Below are positions 37,341 to 48,342 of a stretch of 64,000 nucleotides of DNA, one piece after another. Source of the stretch: Bacteroidales bacterium (GTDB lineage Bacteria; Bacteroidota; Bacteroidia; Bacteroidales; UBA932); assembly GCA_031551125.1 (NCBI GenBank), contig JAVBOB010000001.1, positions 1 to 64,000 on the forward strand, given 5' to 3'. The translations under genes were made by a program, and so were the position numbers. Each line of letters starts with the position of its first letter. Positions within the stretch are counted from its first letter, which is position 1. The notes under the pieces were generated by a model that searched no databases, was not told the DNA's origin, and saw only the letters and a program-made list of their open reading frames with translations.

Positions 37341-38234
37341 CTTCGAAGTTTTTATGTTTTGTAATTATGGAACAGGATTTAAAAAAAATGAACAAGCGGA
37401 TTGAGGCTAATCCTCTCCGTTTGATATTTGTTGCGTTGGTATTGGTATATGCTTTGGGTGAAGTTGCCCATGGTTTTGGAGAAGCGATAGCTGAAGTTAT
37501 TAAGCCTTGAGCAGTTGTAATGGCTATAAATGTAAATTGATAAAAATATGAATATGGAAGAGTTGGAACGAAAATATAATAGGCTGAAGCGGGAAAACCG
37601 GATATTGATTTTGTTTATTGTAATTTGTATAGGTATTATGCTCTATAACCATTATGCATAGCTGTTGTACCAAAACAGCATATTTTGGGATTCTTCTTTT
37701 TGTGAAAACGAGAAACAGGTGGTTGCAAAGAACGCTACAAGCTGGGTTGCCGTCATTGTTATTGTGTTACTTTTGGTATTCGCAAAAGCAATTTTTGACG
37801 TAGGTTTTTCCAATGAAAAGGTTAAGCGTGAGTGTTTGCGAGAGGGAAATTTCTGCATAAAGCAACCTATCCCGAGCAAGCGGCGGGGTTGCATTCCGCC
37901 GAAGGATAGGCTAGCCCATGAAAAACCGTATAGCGTAAGCCCGTCTTGATTTTTTGGTTCTTTTGCCCACAACGTATTTATTTGGTAGTGTTCGCGAGGG
38001 CTTCGCCGTTGCATCAAGGCAAAAGAATGAAGGAATAAAACCACAAGTTAAAGAAGTATAGGTAGTAAGAATTTCAAATGATTTCCAATTATCTATCAGT
38101 AAATCAAATATTTAAAAATGTGAATTCCGCTAAAATTTCACTTGCGTTCAAAATAACCCGTTTGCCATTTCAGATTCAAAAAAAAGTTTTACCTTTGCCG
38201 TTCATTTAAAACAAACTAAAATTTTTGCTTTCAC

Positions 38235-38507
38235 ATGGAGTATCTTTCATTAGAAAAGAAGCAAGAAATTTTCAAGGAGTACGGAAAGTCTAATACTGAT
38301 ACCGGCTCTCCCGAGAGTCAGGTAGCGCTATTTTCATACCGTATCAACCACCTTACTGAACACCTTAAAATGCACAAAAAGGACTACGGTACCGAACGTG
38401 CGTTGCTAAGGCTGGTAGGTAAGCGCCGCAGGTTACTGGATTACCTGAAGCATGTTGATATTGAACGGTATAGGGCGATAGTAAAGGCTCTGAACCTTAG
38501 AAAATAA
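38235..38507 (+). CDS. rpsO: 30S ribosomal protein S15
   Basis: The 90-aa sequence [69 protein letters not shown] is a canonical S15. Confidence 0.95.
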   Translation: MEYLSLEKKQEIFKEYGKSNTDTGSPESQVALFSYRINHLTEHLKMHKKDYGTERALLRLVGKRRRLLDYLKHVDIERYRAIVKALNLRK

Positions 38508-38512
38508 AGCGA

Positions 38513-38552
38513 CAAGAGAGGCAATTGATAAATTGCCTCTCTTGCTATTATT
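38513..38552 (+). terminator. rpsO terminator/attenuator hairpin
   Basis: CAAGAGAGGCAATT-gata-AATTGCCTCTCTTG followed by a CTATTATT tract. Confidence 0.6.
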
Positions 38553-38568
38553 AGTACTGAAAGAAAAT

Positions 38569-38634
38569 AGATATGCGATGTGCGTATTGAGTATTGCGAA
38601 AACTTACAAATCTCATATCGCTATACGCATATCG
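38569..38634 (+). promoter_or_regulatory. palindromic leader element upstream of pnp (imperfect hairpin TAGATATGCGATGTGCGTATTGAG / CTCATATCGCTATACGCATATCG)
   Basis: A long imperfect inverted repeat sits in the rpsO-pnp spacer, where enterobacteria have the RNase III-processed pnp autoregulatory hairpin. The same motif recurs in the rpsB-tsf spacer (49986..50190). Confidence 0.45.
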
Positions 38635-38668
38635 TAATACAAGTAAGAGGACACAAAACGAAGATGAT

Positions 38669-40885
38669 ATGAATATTGTAAAGAAAACAATTGAACTTAA
38701 CGACGGTCGCGTAATTGAGATTGAAACCGGAAAGTTGGCAAAGCAGGCCGACGGTGCGGTAGTTGTTAAGATGGGCGACACCATGTTGCTCGCCGCTGTT
38801 ACCGCTGCAACAGAGGCAAAGGCCGATGTAGATTTTATGCCTTTGCAGGTAGAGTACAAAGAGAAGTACGCTGCCGCAGGCCGCTATCCGGGAGGATTTT
38901 TGAAACGTGAGGCACGTCCCAGCGACTCTGAGATTCTAGTTTCGCGCTTGATTGACCGCGCGCTACGCCCGCTATTCCCTGATGATTTTCATGCAGAGGT
39001 GTTTGTTACTGTTAACCTCATTTCTGCTGATAAAGATATTATGCCCGATGCGTTGGCCGGACTTGCAGCATCTGCAGCCTTGGCCGTATCCGATATTCCG
39101 TTTAACGGACCCATTTCGGAAGTACGTGTTGCACGTGTTAACGGTGAGTTTGTGGTTAACCCCAACTTCTCACAAATGCCTGATGCCGATATCGACATTA
39201 TGGTTGCCGCAACCTACGATAACATTCTGATGGTTGAGGGTGAAATGAAGGAAGTTTCGGAAGCCGAAATGCTCGAAGCTATTAAGCTAGCTCATAATGA
39301 GATTAAGAAGCACTGCAAGGCGCAGATGGAGCTAACCGAAGCGGTAGGTAAAGCGCAAAAGCGCACGTACTGCCATGAGGACAACGATGAGGAGCTACGT
39401 AAGGCTATACACGCATACTGCTACGATAAGTGCTATGCTATAGCAAAAAGCGGAGCCGGCAAGCATGAGCGTTCTGATGCCTTTGCTGCTTTGAAGGATG
39501 AGTTTTTACAAACGCTTACCGACGAAGACCGCGCTGCTAAAAAGCCGTTGGTTGCCCGCTACTACCACGATGTGGAAAAAGAGGCTATGCGCAACATGAT
39601 TCTTAACGATGGTGTGCGTCTTGACGGTCGTGGAACAAAAGATATTCGCCCTATTTGGTGTGAAGTTGGTTACCTGCCTGCAGCACACGGTTCGGCTATC
39701 TTTACACGTGGTGAAACGCAGTCGCTTACTACGGTTACGTTAGGTACCAAGCTAGACGAAAAATCAATTGACGAAGTGCTGGTACAGGGCTCGCATCAGT
39801 TTGTACTGCACTATAACTTCCCTCCTTTCTCAACGGGCGAAGCAAAAGCTTCACGCGGAACAAGCCGTCGTGAAATAGGACACGGTAACCTTGCTTTCCG
39901 TGCGTTAAAGCCTGTTGTTCCCGTTGGAGAGCAAAACCCCTATGCAGTACGCGTAGTATCGGATATTTTGGAAAGTAACGGTTCATCATCAATGGCTACG
40001 GTTTGCGCCGGAACGCTTGCGTTGATGGATGCCGGTATTCAAATCAAGAAACCCGTATCAGGTATTGCAATGGGTTTGATTACCGATTCAAAGAGCAAGA
40101 AGTTCGCTGTACTTTCTGATATCTTAGGTGATGAAGACCACTTGGGCGATATGGACTTTAAAGTAACCGGAACGAAAGACGGTATTACCGCAACCCAAAT
40201 GGATATTAAGGTTGACGGGCTTCCTTACGAAGTGTTGGAACAAGCGTTGGAGCAAGCAAAGCAAGGTCGTTTACACATACTCGGCAAGATGCTTGAAACG
40301 CTAAACACTCCTAACCCTGAGCTGAAACCTCATGTTCCACGCATTGAGCAAATCGTTATCCCCGCTGAAAATATTGGTGCGGTAATAGGCCCGGGTGGAA
40401 AGGTTATTCAGGAAATACAAAAAACTACCGGAACAACGATTACTATTACTGAAAAGGATAACAAGGGTTTTGTTGATGTATTTGGTGATAGCAAAGACGC
40501 TATTGATGCGGCAATGGGACGTATTAAGATTATCGTGTTCGGTCCTGAAGTTGGTATTGTTTACCACGGAAAGGTTCGCTCAATACAGCCTTACGGTGCC
40601 TTTATAGAAATTGTACCCGGTAAGGATGGATTACTTCACATATCAGAATATGATTGGGCTCGCATTGATACGCTTGAAGGTATTCTGAAAGAAGGTGATG
40701 AGATTGATGTGAAGCTGTTGGAGGTTGATGAAAGAACCGGAAAGCTTCGCTTATCACGCAGAGCGTTACTTCCCAAGCCCGAAGGTTTTGTGGAACCTGA
40801 GCGCCCACCGCGTCCTCCGCGTAGCGATGATGATAAGAGAGACGACCGTCGTCGTGATGACCGTCGTGGAAAACCACGTCGCTAA
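38669..40885 (+). CDS. pnp: polyribonucleotide nucleotidyltransferase (PNPase)
   Basis: Two RNase PH-like domains, a KH domain ([20 protein letters not shown]) and an S1 domain ([15 protein letters not shown]), plus a basic RD-rich tail. The start is at [14 protein letters not shown]. Confidence 0.95.
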   Translation: MNIVKKTIELNDGRVIEIETGKLAKQADGAVVVKMGDTMLLAAVTAATEAKADVDFMPLQVEYKEKYAAAGRYPGGFLKREARPSDSEILVSRLIDRALRPLFPDDFHAEVFVTVNLISADKDIMPDALAGLAASAALAVSDIPFNGPISEVRVARVNGEFVVNPNFSQMPDADIDIMVAATYDNILMVEGEMKEVSEAEMLEAIKLAHNEIKKHCKAQMELTEAVGKAQKRTYCHEDNDEELRKAIHAYCYDKCYAIAKSGAGKHERSDAFAALKDEFLQTLTDEDRAAKKPLVARYYHDVEKEAMRNMILNDGVRLDGRGTKDIRPIWCEVGYLPAAHGSAIFTRGETQSLTTVTLGTKLDEKSIDEVLVQGSHQFVLHYNFPPFSTGEAKASRGTSRREIGHGNLAFRALKPVVPVGEQNPYAVRVVSDILESNGSSSMATVCAGTLALMDAGIQIKKPVSGIAMGLITDSKSKKFAVLSDILGDEDHLGDMDFKVTGTKDGITATQMDIKVDGLPYEVLEQALEQAKQGRLHILGKMLETLNTPNPELKPHVPRIEQIVIPAENIGAVIGPGGKVIQEIQKTTGTTITITEKDNKGFVDVFGDSKDAIDAAMGRIKIIVFGPEVGIVYHGKVRSIQPYGAFIEIVPGKDGLLHISEYDWARIDTLEGILKEGDEIDVKLLEVDERTGKLRLSRRALLPKPEGFVEPERPPRPPRSDDDKRDDRRRDDRRGKPRR

Positions 40886-40965
40886 TCACTAGTAACAAAT
40901 ATAGTAAATCGGGGTTGGCGTTGTGCTAACTCCGATTTTGTTTTGTAGCCTAAAAGAAAGGAATA

Positions 40966-41026
40966 ACACAGAGAGCACAAAGAAGACACAGAGAACCACA
41001 GAGAAAGACTCTGTGCTCTCTGTGAA
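40966..41026. repeat. CACAGAGA-type short tandem repeat forming a long hairpin between convergent pnp and metH
   Basis: ACACAGAGAGCACAaagaagACACAGAGAAcCACAGAGAAagaCTCTGTGCTCTCTGTGA. The arms CACAGAGAGCACA / TGTGCTCTCTGTG pair. Confidence 0.6.
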
Positions 41027-41089
41027 ATGATGTGCTAAAATAAAAACTGTGCTAATCTGCGCTTGTCTGTGTTTTCTGCGTGCCAAGAG

Positions 41090-44000
41090 CTAGCTTATTC
41101 CCACATGTGCCAGCAGCTTCTCTGCTTCACTCATGCTAATACCTTTTCTGTGGGCATAGTCTGCAATTTGGTCGGAGGCAATGTTGCCAACGCTAAAGTA
41201 GTGTGCATGCGGACTGGCAAAGTATAGTCCGCAAACCGATGCAGCAGGCGACATAGCGTAACTTTCCGTAAGCTGAATACCTAAGCTTTGCTCAGCATTA
41301 AGTAGGCTGAATAGCGTTTGCTTCTCGCTATGCTCAGGGCATACAGGAAATCCTATTGCCGGACGAATACCTTTTACTCCCTCAGGGAACTGCCACAGCT
41401 CTAAACGTACTTTTTCATTCAACAGCTCTGCAAAGGCTTCTGCCAAGCGGTCGGCAAGCGTTTTGGTAAGAAGGCTTCTATACTCGTCGTTTTGTGCGTT
41501 GAAACGTTCTACTACCTCATCAACGCCTATGCCTGCTGTAGTAGCAAATAGTCCGATATAATCTTGTCTGCCCGATGTTGCAGGTGCTATATAATCGGCC
41601 AAACAACGATTTTCACCGTTCTCCGGTTTACGCTCCTGATTGCGCAGCATGTGTAAAACAGCAAGTTCTTTATCCCGCTTCTCATCAGTGTAAGCTATAA
41701 TGTCCTCGTTGTGTGAAGAGGCGGGAAGAATAGCAATCGCTCCGTTAACCGTTAACGATTTTTCCTTTGCAAAAGTCTTTAATAGCGCATGCGCATCGTT
41801 GAACAGACTTTGAGCCTCACTACCCATTTGCGTATGCTGTAAAATATCGGGATACCTTCCGTTAAGCCTCCAGGTGTGGAAAAAGGCTGTCCAATTTATA
41901 TATGGCGTAAGTTCCTCAATGGGGAAGGATAGGAGTTGCTGTATTCCAATATTTTTAGGCTTTGCAATAGGTTCTGTTGCCCAATCAATGGTAAGTTTAT
42001 TTTTTCTTGCTTCTTCCAACGACAATAGCATTCGTTCTTCCTGTTGCTTTTCGTAGTTCTTCTTCAGCTGAGCATACTCTTCATTCAGCTTGCGGAGATA
42101 ATCCTCACGTAAATTTTCGTTTAGTAAACTTTTGGCAATTGAAGCCACCTGTGAAGCATCCCTCACATGTACAACACCTCCGCTATACTTGGGTTGAATG
42201 GCAATGGCCGTATGTAGCGCTCCGGTAGCCGCACCGCCTACTACCAGCGGAATGCGAAGTCCGTTCTTTTCCAGCTCTTCGGCAACATGCGCCATCTCAT
42301 CCAGTGATGGAGTGATAAGCCCACTGAGACCAATAAGGTCAACCTTTTCAGCAATGGCTGTATCGATAATCTTTTGAGCGGAAACCATTACGCCAAGATC
42401 GATAATTTGGTAGCCGTTGCAGCTGAGTACCACGCTTACAATGTTTTTACCAATATCGTGGACATCGCCTTTTACTGTTGCCAGTAAAATTTTTGCTACC
42501 GTTTTACTTTGCTTGTTAGCTTCTCTCTCTTGTTGTATCAACGGTTCAAGAACAGAAACGGCACGCTTCATTACTCGCGCGCTTTTTACCACTTGAGGAA
42601 GAAACATTTTTCCTTCACCAAAAAGTGTTCCAACCTCATTCATTCCATCCATTAACGGACCTTCAATAATACCGATGGGAGAGGAGTAGGACGACAGCAG
42701 CTCCGTTACATCTTGCTCTACGTAGTCGGCAATACCTTTTACCATAGCGTAGCGTATGCGGTCGGCAGGTGCTTGCTTTCGCCAGCTCTCTTCGCGTTTT
42801 TCGTCGCCTTCCGTTTTCGTTTCCTTATTCTCAGCAGCGTAGGCTATCAGCTTATCGGCGGCATCGCTACTACGATTCAGCACTACATCTTCTACCAGCT
42901 TCAGTAAAGTTGGTTCAATATCACTATATACAGATAGCTGACCCGGATTGACTATTCCCATATCCATGCCTGCTTTTATAGCATGGTACAGAAACACGGA
43001 GTGCATAGCGCGGCGAACCGTTTCGTTTCCACGATAGGAGAAGGACAAGTTACTCACACCTCCGCTGATTTTAGCGTACGGCAGGTTTTGTTTTATCCAC
43101 TCACAGGCACAAATAAAAGCAACAGCATACTCGTTATGCTCTTCCATACCCGTTGATATGGCAAGAATATTGGGGTCTATAATGATATCTTGCGGGGGGA
43201 AGTTCGCCTTATCAACAAGTAAATGGTACGAACGTCCGGCTACTTCCACTTTACGCTCGTAGGTATCTGCCTGTCCTTGCTCATCAAATAGCATTACAAC
43301 AACGGCAGCGCCAAACTTGCGAATATATTGTGCTTTTGCTAAAAAAGCCTCCTCACCTTCTTTCAGGCTTATAGAGTTTACTATGGACTTACCTTGCGTA
43401 CACTTTAGGCCTGCTTGAATAACCTCCCATTTAGAGGAGTCTATCATTACGGGTAGTGCAGCAACATCAGGTTCCGAAGCCATCATTTGCAGGAAGGTTG
43501 CCATGGCAACAGGCGCGTCAATCAGCGCCTCGTCCATACACACGTCTATAAGTTGAGCCCCGTCTTGTACCTGTTCACGGGCAACAGATAGCGCCTCTTC
43601 GTACTTTTGTTCTTTTATAAGACGGGCAAACTTTTTTGAGCCTGCCACATTAGTACGTTCGCCAACGTTTACAAAGTTACTTTGCGGTGTAATTTTTACT
43701 ACGTTGAGCCCGCAGCAAGTGGTAATGGGTTCTAACGCCGGGATTTTTCTTGGCGGATATTTTGCCGCTACCTCTGCAATGCGGGCAATATGGTCGGGTG
43801 TTGTACCGCAACATCCGCCAACAATATTCAGCTGTCCGGCTTTAAGCATTTGCCCTACGTAGGCAGCTGTAATTTCGGGCGACTCGGTGTAGTGTCCCAT
43901 TTGGTCGGGATAACCGGCATTGGGGTATGCGCAAATGCGGAAGCGAGAGTAGCTTGACAGCTCGGCAATGTGCATTGCCATTTGCTTTGCACCAAGACCA

Positions 44001-44722
44001 CAGTTCAGCCCTATGCTCAGTAAATCGATATGCTCTAATGAGGTGTAGAAGGCCTCAAGCGTTTGTCCTGATAGCGTACGTCCGCTGATATCACTTAACG
44101 TTCCCGATACCATTACGGGAACTTTTCGCCCACCTTTTTCTATAAAATCCTGAATGGCTACAAGAGCGGCTTTCACGTTGAGCGTATCAAATGATGTTTC
44201 TATAAGTAGTATATCTACGCCGCCGTCAACAAGTCCGCGCACCTGTTCCGTATAAGCATTGTACAGCTCATCAAACGTAATGTTTCGGTATGCCGGATTA
44301 TTGATATCCGGCGAAACAGATAGCGATTTTGATGTTGGACCGATAGAACCTGCTACGAATCTTGGTTTACCGGGAGTGCTATACCTATCAACCAGCTTGC
44401 GTACCAGCTTGGCGGCTTCAACGTTCAGCTCGTAAGCAATATCAGCCAGCCCATATTCAGCCAGCGACACGGCATTTGCATTGAGCGTATTGGTCTCAAT
44501 AATATCGGCTCCGGCTTTTAGGTAAGCCTCGTGTAAAGTGCGTATAATATCAGGACGGCTTAATACCAGTAGGTCGTTGTTGCCTTTAAGGTCGGTTGGA
44601 TGGTTGCGAAACCTTTCTCCGCGATAATCTTCTTCGCCGAGCTTATAGGGTTGTATCATAGTGCCCATACCGCCATCGAGTATCAGAATACGTTCGGCTA
44701 GGGTTTGTTCTAGAATATTCAC
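41090..44722 (-). CDS. metH: cobalamin-dependent methionine synthase
   Basis: 1210 aa with Hcy-binding, pterin-binding, B12-binding ([10 protein letters not shown]; [10 protein letters not shown]) and AdoMet-activation domains in canonical order. Confidence 0.92.
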   Translation of the reverse strand: MNILEQTLAERILILDGGMGTMIQPYKLGEEDYRGERFRNHPTDLKGNNDLLVLSRPDIIRTLHEAYLKAGADIIETNTLNANAVSLAEYGLADIAYELNVEAAKLVRKLVDRYSTPGKPRFVAGSIGPTSKSLSVSPDINNPAYRNITFDELYNAYTEQVRGLVDGGVDILLIETSFDTLNVKAALVAIQDFIEKGGRKVPVMVSGTLSDISGRTLSGQTLEAFYTSLEHIDLLSIGLNCGLGAKQMAMHIAELSSYSRFRICAYPNAGYPDQMGHYTESPEITAAYVGQMLKAGQLNIVGGCCGTTPDHIARIAEVAAKYPPRKIPALEPITTCCGLNVVKITPQSNFVNVGERTNVAGSKKFARLIKEQKYEEALSVAREQVQDGAQLIDVCMDEALIDAPVAMATFLQMMASEPDVAALPVMIDSSKWEVIQAGLKCTQGKSIVNSISLKEGEEAFLAKAQYIRKFGAAVVVMLFDEQGQADTYERKVEVAGRSYHLLVDKANFPPQDIIIDPNILAISTGMEEHNEYAVAFICACEWIKQNLPYAKISGGVSNLSFSYRGNETVRRAMHSVFLYHAIKAGMDMGIVNPGQLSVYSDIEPTLLKLVEDVVLNRSSDAADKLIAYAAENKETKTEGDEKREESWRKQAPADRIRYAMVKGIADYVEQDVTELLSSYSSPIGIIEGPLMDGMNEVGTLFGEGKMFLPQVVKSARVMKRAVSVLEPLIQQEREANKQSKTVAKILLATVKGDVHDIGKNIVSVVLSCNGYQIIDLGVMVSAQKIIDTAIAEKVDLIGLSGLITPSLDEMAHVAEELEKNGLRIPLVVGGAATGALHTAIAIQPKYSGGVVHVRDASQVASIAKSLLNENLREDYLRKLNEEYAQLKKNYEKQQEERMLLSLEEARKNKLTIDWATEPIAKPKNIGIQQLLSFPIEELTPYINWTAFFHTWRLNGRYPDILQHTQMGSEAQSLFNDAHALLKTFAKEKSLTVNGAIAILPASSHNEDIIAYTDEKRDKELAVLHMLRNQERKPENGENRCLADYIAPATSGRQDYIGLFATTAGIGVDEVVERFNAQNDEYRSLLTKTLADRLAEAFAELLNEKVRLELWQFPEGVKGIRPAIGFPVCPEHSEKQTLFSLLNAEQSLGIQLTESYAMSPAASVCGLYFASPHAHYFSVGNIASDQIADYAHRKGISMSEAEKLLAHVGIS

Positions 44723-44811
44723 TTGCGTATGATTTATGTATTAAAGTCTTTTCTTTGAGCACAAAGATAAGTCGGATAGCGTTATTCGTTACCTGTTTAG
44801 ATTTTATTATA

Positions 44812-44843
44812 AAAGAAAAAGAGCCACCATAAGGTAGCTCTCA
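44812..44843 (-). terminator. hairpin terminator after tRNA-Pro(CGG)
   Basis: AGAGCTACCttatGGTGGCTCT followed by TTTTTC on the minus strand. Confidence 0.45.
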
Positions 44844-44850
44844 GGCTTAG

Positions 44851-44924
44851 TCGGGGTGAAAGGACTCGAACCTTCGGCCTCCACGTCCCGAACGTGGCGC
44901 GCTAGCCAACTGCGCTACACCCCG
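44851..44924 (-). tRNA. tRNA-Pro (anticodon CGG)
   Basis: Reverse complement CGGGGTGTAGCGCAGTTGGCTAGCGCGCCACGTTCGGGACGTGGAGGCCGAAGGTTCGAGTCCTTTCACCCCGA folds as a cloverleaf: the 7-bp acceptor pairs, anticodon loop TTCGGGA, T-loop GGTTCGAGTCC, discriminator A, no encoded CCA. Confidence 0.85.
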
Positions 44925-45059
44925 ATTTTGGGCAACAAAGGTAAAAATAAATTAGATGACTGCAAAAACTTAAAGGCGCAGGCTTAATCTTGCATTCTGC
45001 TTTCGGGGAAGACCTGTTTTTACTACATTTGGATTTCTAAACCTAAATTACCAATTACC

Positions 45060-45539
45060 ATGAACCTACGTATTGAGCTGCAAAAAGATGAGACGCATTA
45101 TGGCGCTATGGCGCAGATAATGTGCAATACCGACCCTTGGATTACGCTTAAGCGCGACCAAGCGGCCTGCCTATCCTCCCTACGAGGTGATGGGAAAGAG
45201 GTGTACACTCTGTTTTTGGATGGTGAGGTAGTAGGTGTGGTTGTGCTGCAAGTACTGGGTTCATTTCGCATTTACCTACAATCTATCTGTATAGCCGAGA
45301 AGACTCGTGGAAAAGGCGTAGGCAGTGAGGTGATGGACTATCTGGAGAAGCGAATTTTTGCCGAATCTCCCAACTTCTTCCTTTGCGTATCCGACTTTAA
45401 TGAAGGTGCTCAGAAGCTATACTACGGTAGAGGCTTTGAGCTGGTTGGGAAAATTAAAGATTTTGTAATTGAAGGTCGCTCGGAGCTGCTGCTTCGTAAA
45501 ACCGTTGGTTCGTTCACCTCATTTAAACCTAACCTATAG
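45060..45539 (+). CDS. GNAT-family N-acetyltransferase
   Basis: 159 aa; motif A-like segment ICIAEKTRGKGVGSEVMDYLE (R/Q-x-x-G-x-G/A) and a beta-alpha-beta core. Confidence 0.6.
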   Translation: MNLRIELQKDETHYGAMAQIMCNTDPWITLKRDQAACLSSLRGDGKEVYTLFLDGEVVGVVVLQVLGSFRIYLQSICIAEKTRGKGVGSEVMDYLEKRIFAESPNFFLCVSDFNEGAQKLYYGRGFELVGKIKDFVIEGRSELLLRKTVGSFTSFKPNL

Positions 45540-45545
45540 TCAGCC

Positions 45546-46994
45546 ATGCACTCTTACACTATGCTTATAGCATTTGTAGCCTACCTACTCTTGCTATTCA
45601 TTATCTCGTGGATTAGCTCTCGTCGTGCTGATAACAGCTCGTTTTTCTCAGGAAATAAAAAATCGCCGTGGCCTGTGGTTGCCTATGGTATGCTGGGTGC
45701 TTCCATCTCCGGCGTTACCTTTATTTCTGTTCCGGGCAATGTGGTAAACCAGTCGTTCTACTACATGCCGTTGGTGTTTGGCTTTTTACTCGGTTACGTG
45801 GTCATAGCAACCATTCTGCTTCCCTTATACTACAAAATGAGCTTAGTATCGATATACGGATACCTGGAAAAGCGACTCGGTATGCACTCATACCGAACAG
45901 GAGCCGTTTTCTTTCTCATATCCAGATTGCTGGGTGCTACCGTGCGTATCTTTTTGGTGGTGCTGGTGCTGTTCAACCTTATTCCTCAGAGCGCCAACAT
46001 TCCGTTTATAGTGGTTGCGGCGGTGTTTATGCTGCTCATCTTTTTATATACGTATAGGGGTGGTGTTAAGACAATAATTTGGACAGATGTTTTGCAAACT
46101 ACCTTTACCTTGCTGGCGGTAATACTTACCGTTGTCGCTATTTGTTTGCAAATGGGCTGGTCGTTCTCCGATATGGCTAAAGCTGTTACGGAGAGCAAGT
46201 ATTCCAAGATGTTGAACTTTAGCTGGGGCGATAGCACCAACGTTGTAAAGCAGGTGCTAAGCGGTATGTTTATCACCATATCGGCAGTAGGGCTAGACCA
46301 AGGTATGATGCAGAAAAACATCAGCTGTAGCAACCTTAAGAACGCGCAGAAAAATATGTTTTCTACCAGCATCATTTTGGTTATTGCCAACTTTTTGTTT
46401 GTGCTATTGGGTGCAATACTGGTGTTGTACATGCAAAGTAAGGGCATTAGCGTTACCGATAGCGATAACATTTTCGGAACCATTGCGAGTGAATATCTCG
46501 GCACAACGGTAGCTGTTTTCTTTGTTATCGGGCTAATATCGTCCTCGTTTCCCAGCGCGGCAGGCGCGCTAACGGCGCTTACCACCTCGTTTTGTATAGA
46601 CTTTCTGCGCTTTGATAAGCGAGAAGATATGTCGGATAAAAAGAAAACAATCACAAGGCGTATAGTGCATTTCTTGTATTGCCTGGTGTTTATCGCTCTT
46701 ATCATGGTATTCTTCTTCTCAAAGAATGAGGCGGTGATAGACCTTGTGTATAAGCTGGCGGCATACACCTATGGCCCCTTGCTGGGTTTATTCTTCTTTG
46801 GCATACTTACAAAGCGGGAGGTAAAGGATAGGTATATTCCCTACGTTGCAGCCATATCGCCTGTTCTATGCTGGGTGCTGAACTATTTATCTACCACTTA
46901 TCTGAGTTTCGGGTTTGGATTCACCATACTTGTAGTGAACGGACTGCTTACGTTTATTGGAATGTACTTGTTTAGCCATGCGAAAAATCGTTAG
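45546..46994 (+). CDS. sodium:solute symporter (SSS) family transporter
   Basis: 482 aa, about 13 TM helices, SSS-like N-terminal pattern (FFSGNKKSPWPVVAYGMLGASISGVTFISVPG). Confidence 0.65.
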   Translation: MHSYTMLIAFVAYLLLLFIISWISSRRADNSSFFSGNKKSPWPVVAYGMLGASISGVTFISVPGNVVNQSFYYMPLVFGFLLGYVVIATILLPLYYKMSLVSIYGYLEKRLGMHSYRTGAVFFLISRLLGATVRIFLVVLVLFNLIPQSANIPFIVVAAVFMLLIFLYTYRGGVKTIIWTDVLQTTFTLLAVILTVVAICLQMGWSFSDMAKAVTESKYSKMLNFSWGDSTNVVKQVLSGMFITISAVGLDQGMMQKNISCSNLKNAQKNMFSTSIILVIANFLFVLLGAILVLYMQSKGISVTDSDNIFGTIASEYLGTTVAVFFVIGLISSSFPSAAGALTALTTSFCIDFLRFDKREDMSDKKKTITRRIVHFLYCLVFIALIMVFFFSKNEAVIDLVYKLAAYTYGPLLGLFFFGILTKREVKDRYIPYVAAISPVLCWVLNYLSTTYLSFGFGFTILVVNGLLTFIGMYLFSHAKNR

Positions 46995-48126
46995 TCATAC
47001 TATACTACTGTTGCTTGTCGTAGCATTGTTTCCGGTAGCTGTTGCGGCTCAGGTTGATTTAGCGCGACTATCTCGGGTTGATAGCCTAGTTAACAAGGCT
47101 ATTGCTGATAAGGCTATACCCGGTGCGGTACTTGCGGTTGTGCATAAAGACAGCTTGGTATATCTCAAGGCGTACGGAAACAAATCGGTCTATCCTACGG
47201 TAGAGCCAATGACAACCGAAACGGTGTTCGACCTTGCTTCGGTAACCAAACCGTTTACTGCCATTGCTATTATGCAGCTGGTAGAGCAAGGAAAAATCAG
47301 GCTTGACGATGCCGCTTCACGCTACCTTCCATACGTACCAAAGGATATAAAAGTTATTCATTTACTTACTCACACCTCAGGCATTGCCGATTATTCGAAT
47401 TTAGCCAAGCTACTCAAAGCAAGCGGCAAGCAAAACCGAAAGGCGTTGGAGGAATACATTGTGCAAAAATCAGGTAGGAGTAAGGTCGGTACGGTATTTG
47501 AGTACAGCTGCCTGAACTATGTGCTACTACAGTATATTGTTGAAAAGGTATTGGGCAAAAGTTTGCGGGTATATGAACAGGAGCATATTTTTAAGCCGCT
47601 GGGAATGGCGAAAACCGACTTTAACCCTGAGGGGGAGCTGCTGAAGCTATGCGCACCAACAGAGAGGATGTTGGATGGTAGCGTACTTTGCGGCGTAGTG
47701 CATGATTCGTTGGCGAGAGATTGTAACAACGGAATATCGGGAAATGCAGGGTTGTTTTCTAATGCCGAAGATTTGGTTAAGCTGTCGAAAGCTTTAATGA
47801 ATGGTGGTGAGCTGAATGGAAAGCGAATACTTGGAACGCGCGCATGCGAGCTAATGCGAACAGTTCCTGTTGGATTTGAGAAGTTCGGACGTTCGCTGGG
47901 TTGGGATAGCTACTCAACCTACGCATCAGACCGCGGTGACCTTTTTGGTAAACCGAAAACTTTTGGGCATACCGGTTACACAGGGCCTAACCTATTTATT
48001 GACCCTGTTTCTCAAACGGCGGTTATTTTCTTAGCGCACAGGGTGCACCCTGATAATGTGGGGAGCTTGGTGTCGTTTAGGGCTAAGCTGGCAAATATTG
48101 TTGCAGGAGCAATAGTTGGGAGATAA
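46978..48126 (+). CDS. serine hydrolase of the beta-lactamase/PBP-like (class C) family
   Basis: Signal peptide; S-x-x-K motif FDLASVTKPF; YxN-like and HTG (KTG-equivalent) elements. The start is chosen at the ATG at 46978, overlapping the upstream gene end. Confidence 0.7.
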   Translation: MRKIVSHTILLLLVVALFPVAVAAQVDLARLSRVDSLVNKAIADKAIPGAVLAVVHKDSLVYLKAYGNKSVYPTVEPMTTETVFDLASVTKPFTAIAIMQLVEQGKIRLDDAASRYLPYVPKDIKVIHLLTHTSGIADYSNLAKLLKASGKQNRKALEEYIVQKSGRSKVGTVFEYSCLNYVLLQYIVEKVLGKSLRVYEQEHIFKPLGMAKTDFNPEGELLKLCAPTERMLDGSVLCGVVHDSLARDCNNGISGNAGLFSNAEDLVKLSKALMNGGELNGKRILGTRACELMRTVPVGFEKFGRSLGWDSYSTYASDRGDLFGKPKTFGHTGYTGPNLFIDPVSQTAVIFLAHRVHPDNVGSLVSFRAKLANIVAGAIVGR

Positions 48127-48207
48127 AAGTAAATCATGCGGTTTTTCCGGAAAAAAGTTTACCTTTGCATCCTCAAAGAATGATTATTCAGGTAATCGTC
48201 TTTGTAT

Positions 48208-48281
48208 CGGGGTGTGGCGCAGTTGGCTAGCGCACCTGCTTTGGGAGCAGGGGGTCCTCCGTTCGAGTCGGAGTACCCCGA
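48208..48281 (+). tRNA. tRNA-Pro (anticodon UGG)
   Basis: CGGGGTGTGGCGCAGTTGGCTAGCGCACCTGCTTTGGGAGCAGGGGGTCCTCCGTTCGAGTCGGAGTACCCCGA; anticodon loop TTTGGGA; acceptor stem pairs with one G-U. Confidence 0.85.
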
Positions 48282-48285
48282 CAAA

Positions 48286-48328
48286 ACAAAAAGCGTTCAA
48301 GAAATTTTTCTTGAACGCTTTTTGTTTT
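48286..48328. terminator. bidirectional terminator after tRNA-Pro(UGG) and the convergent minus-strand gene
   Basis: AAAAAGCGTTCAAGAAA-TTTTTCTTGAACGCTTTTTGTTTT. Confidence 0.75.
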
Positions 48329-48342
48329 ACTTACGGTAGGTT

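Noticed and set aside
37652-38044. Overlapping ORFs 37652..38044 (minus strand) and 37665..37949 (plus strand) upstream of rpsO
   Set aside because: They are mutually exclusive, lie in an AT-rich intergenic or leader region, and have no motifs. It is more likely non-coding, perhaps holding the rpsO promoter or leader and a hairpin at 37866..37910.
44723-48330. Integrated prophage or genomic island at the tRNA-Pro genes
   Set aside because: No integrase, excisionase, phage structural gene or direct attL/attR repeat was seen; only the inverted tRNA pair was noted as a low-interest finding.
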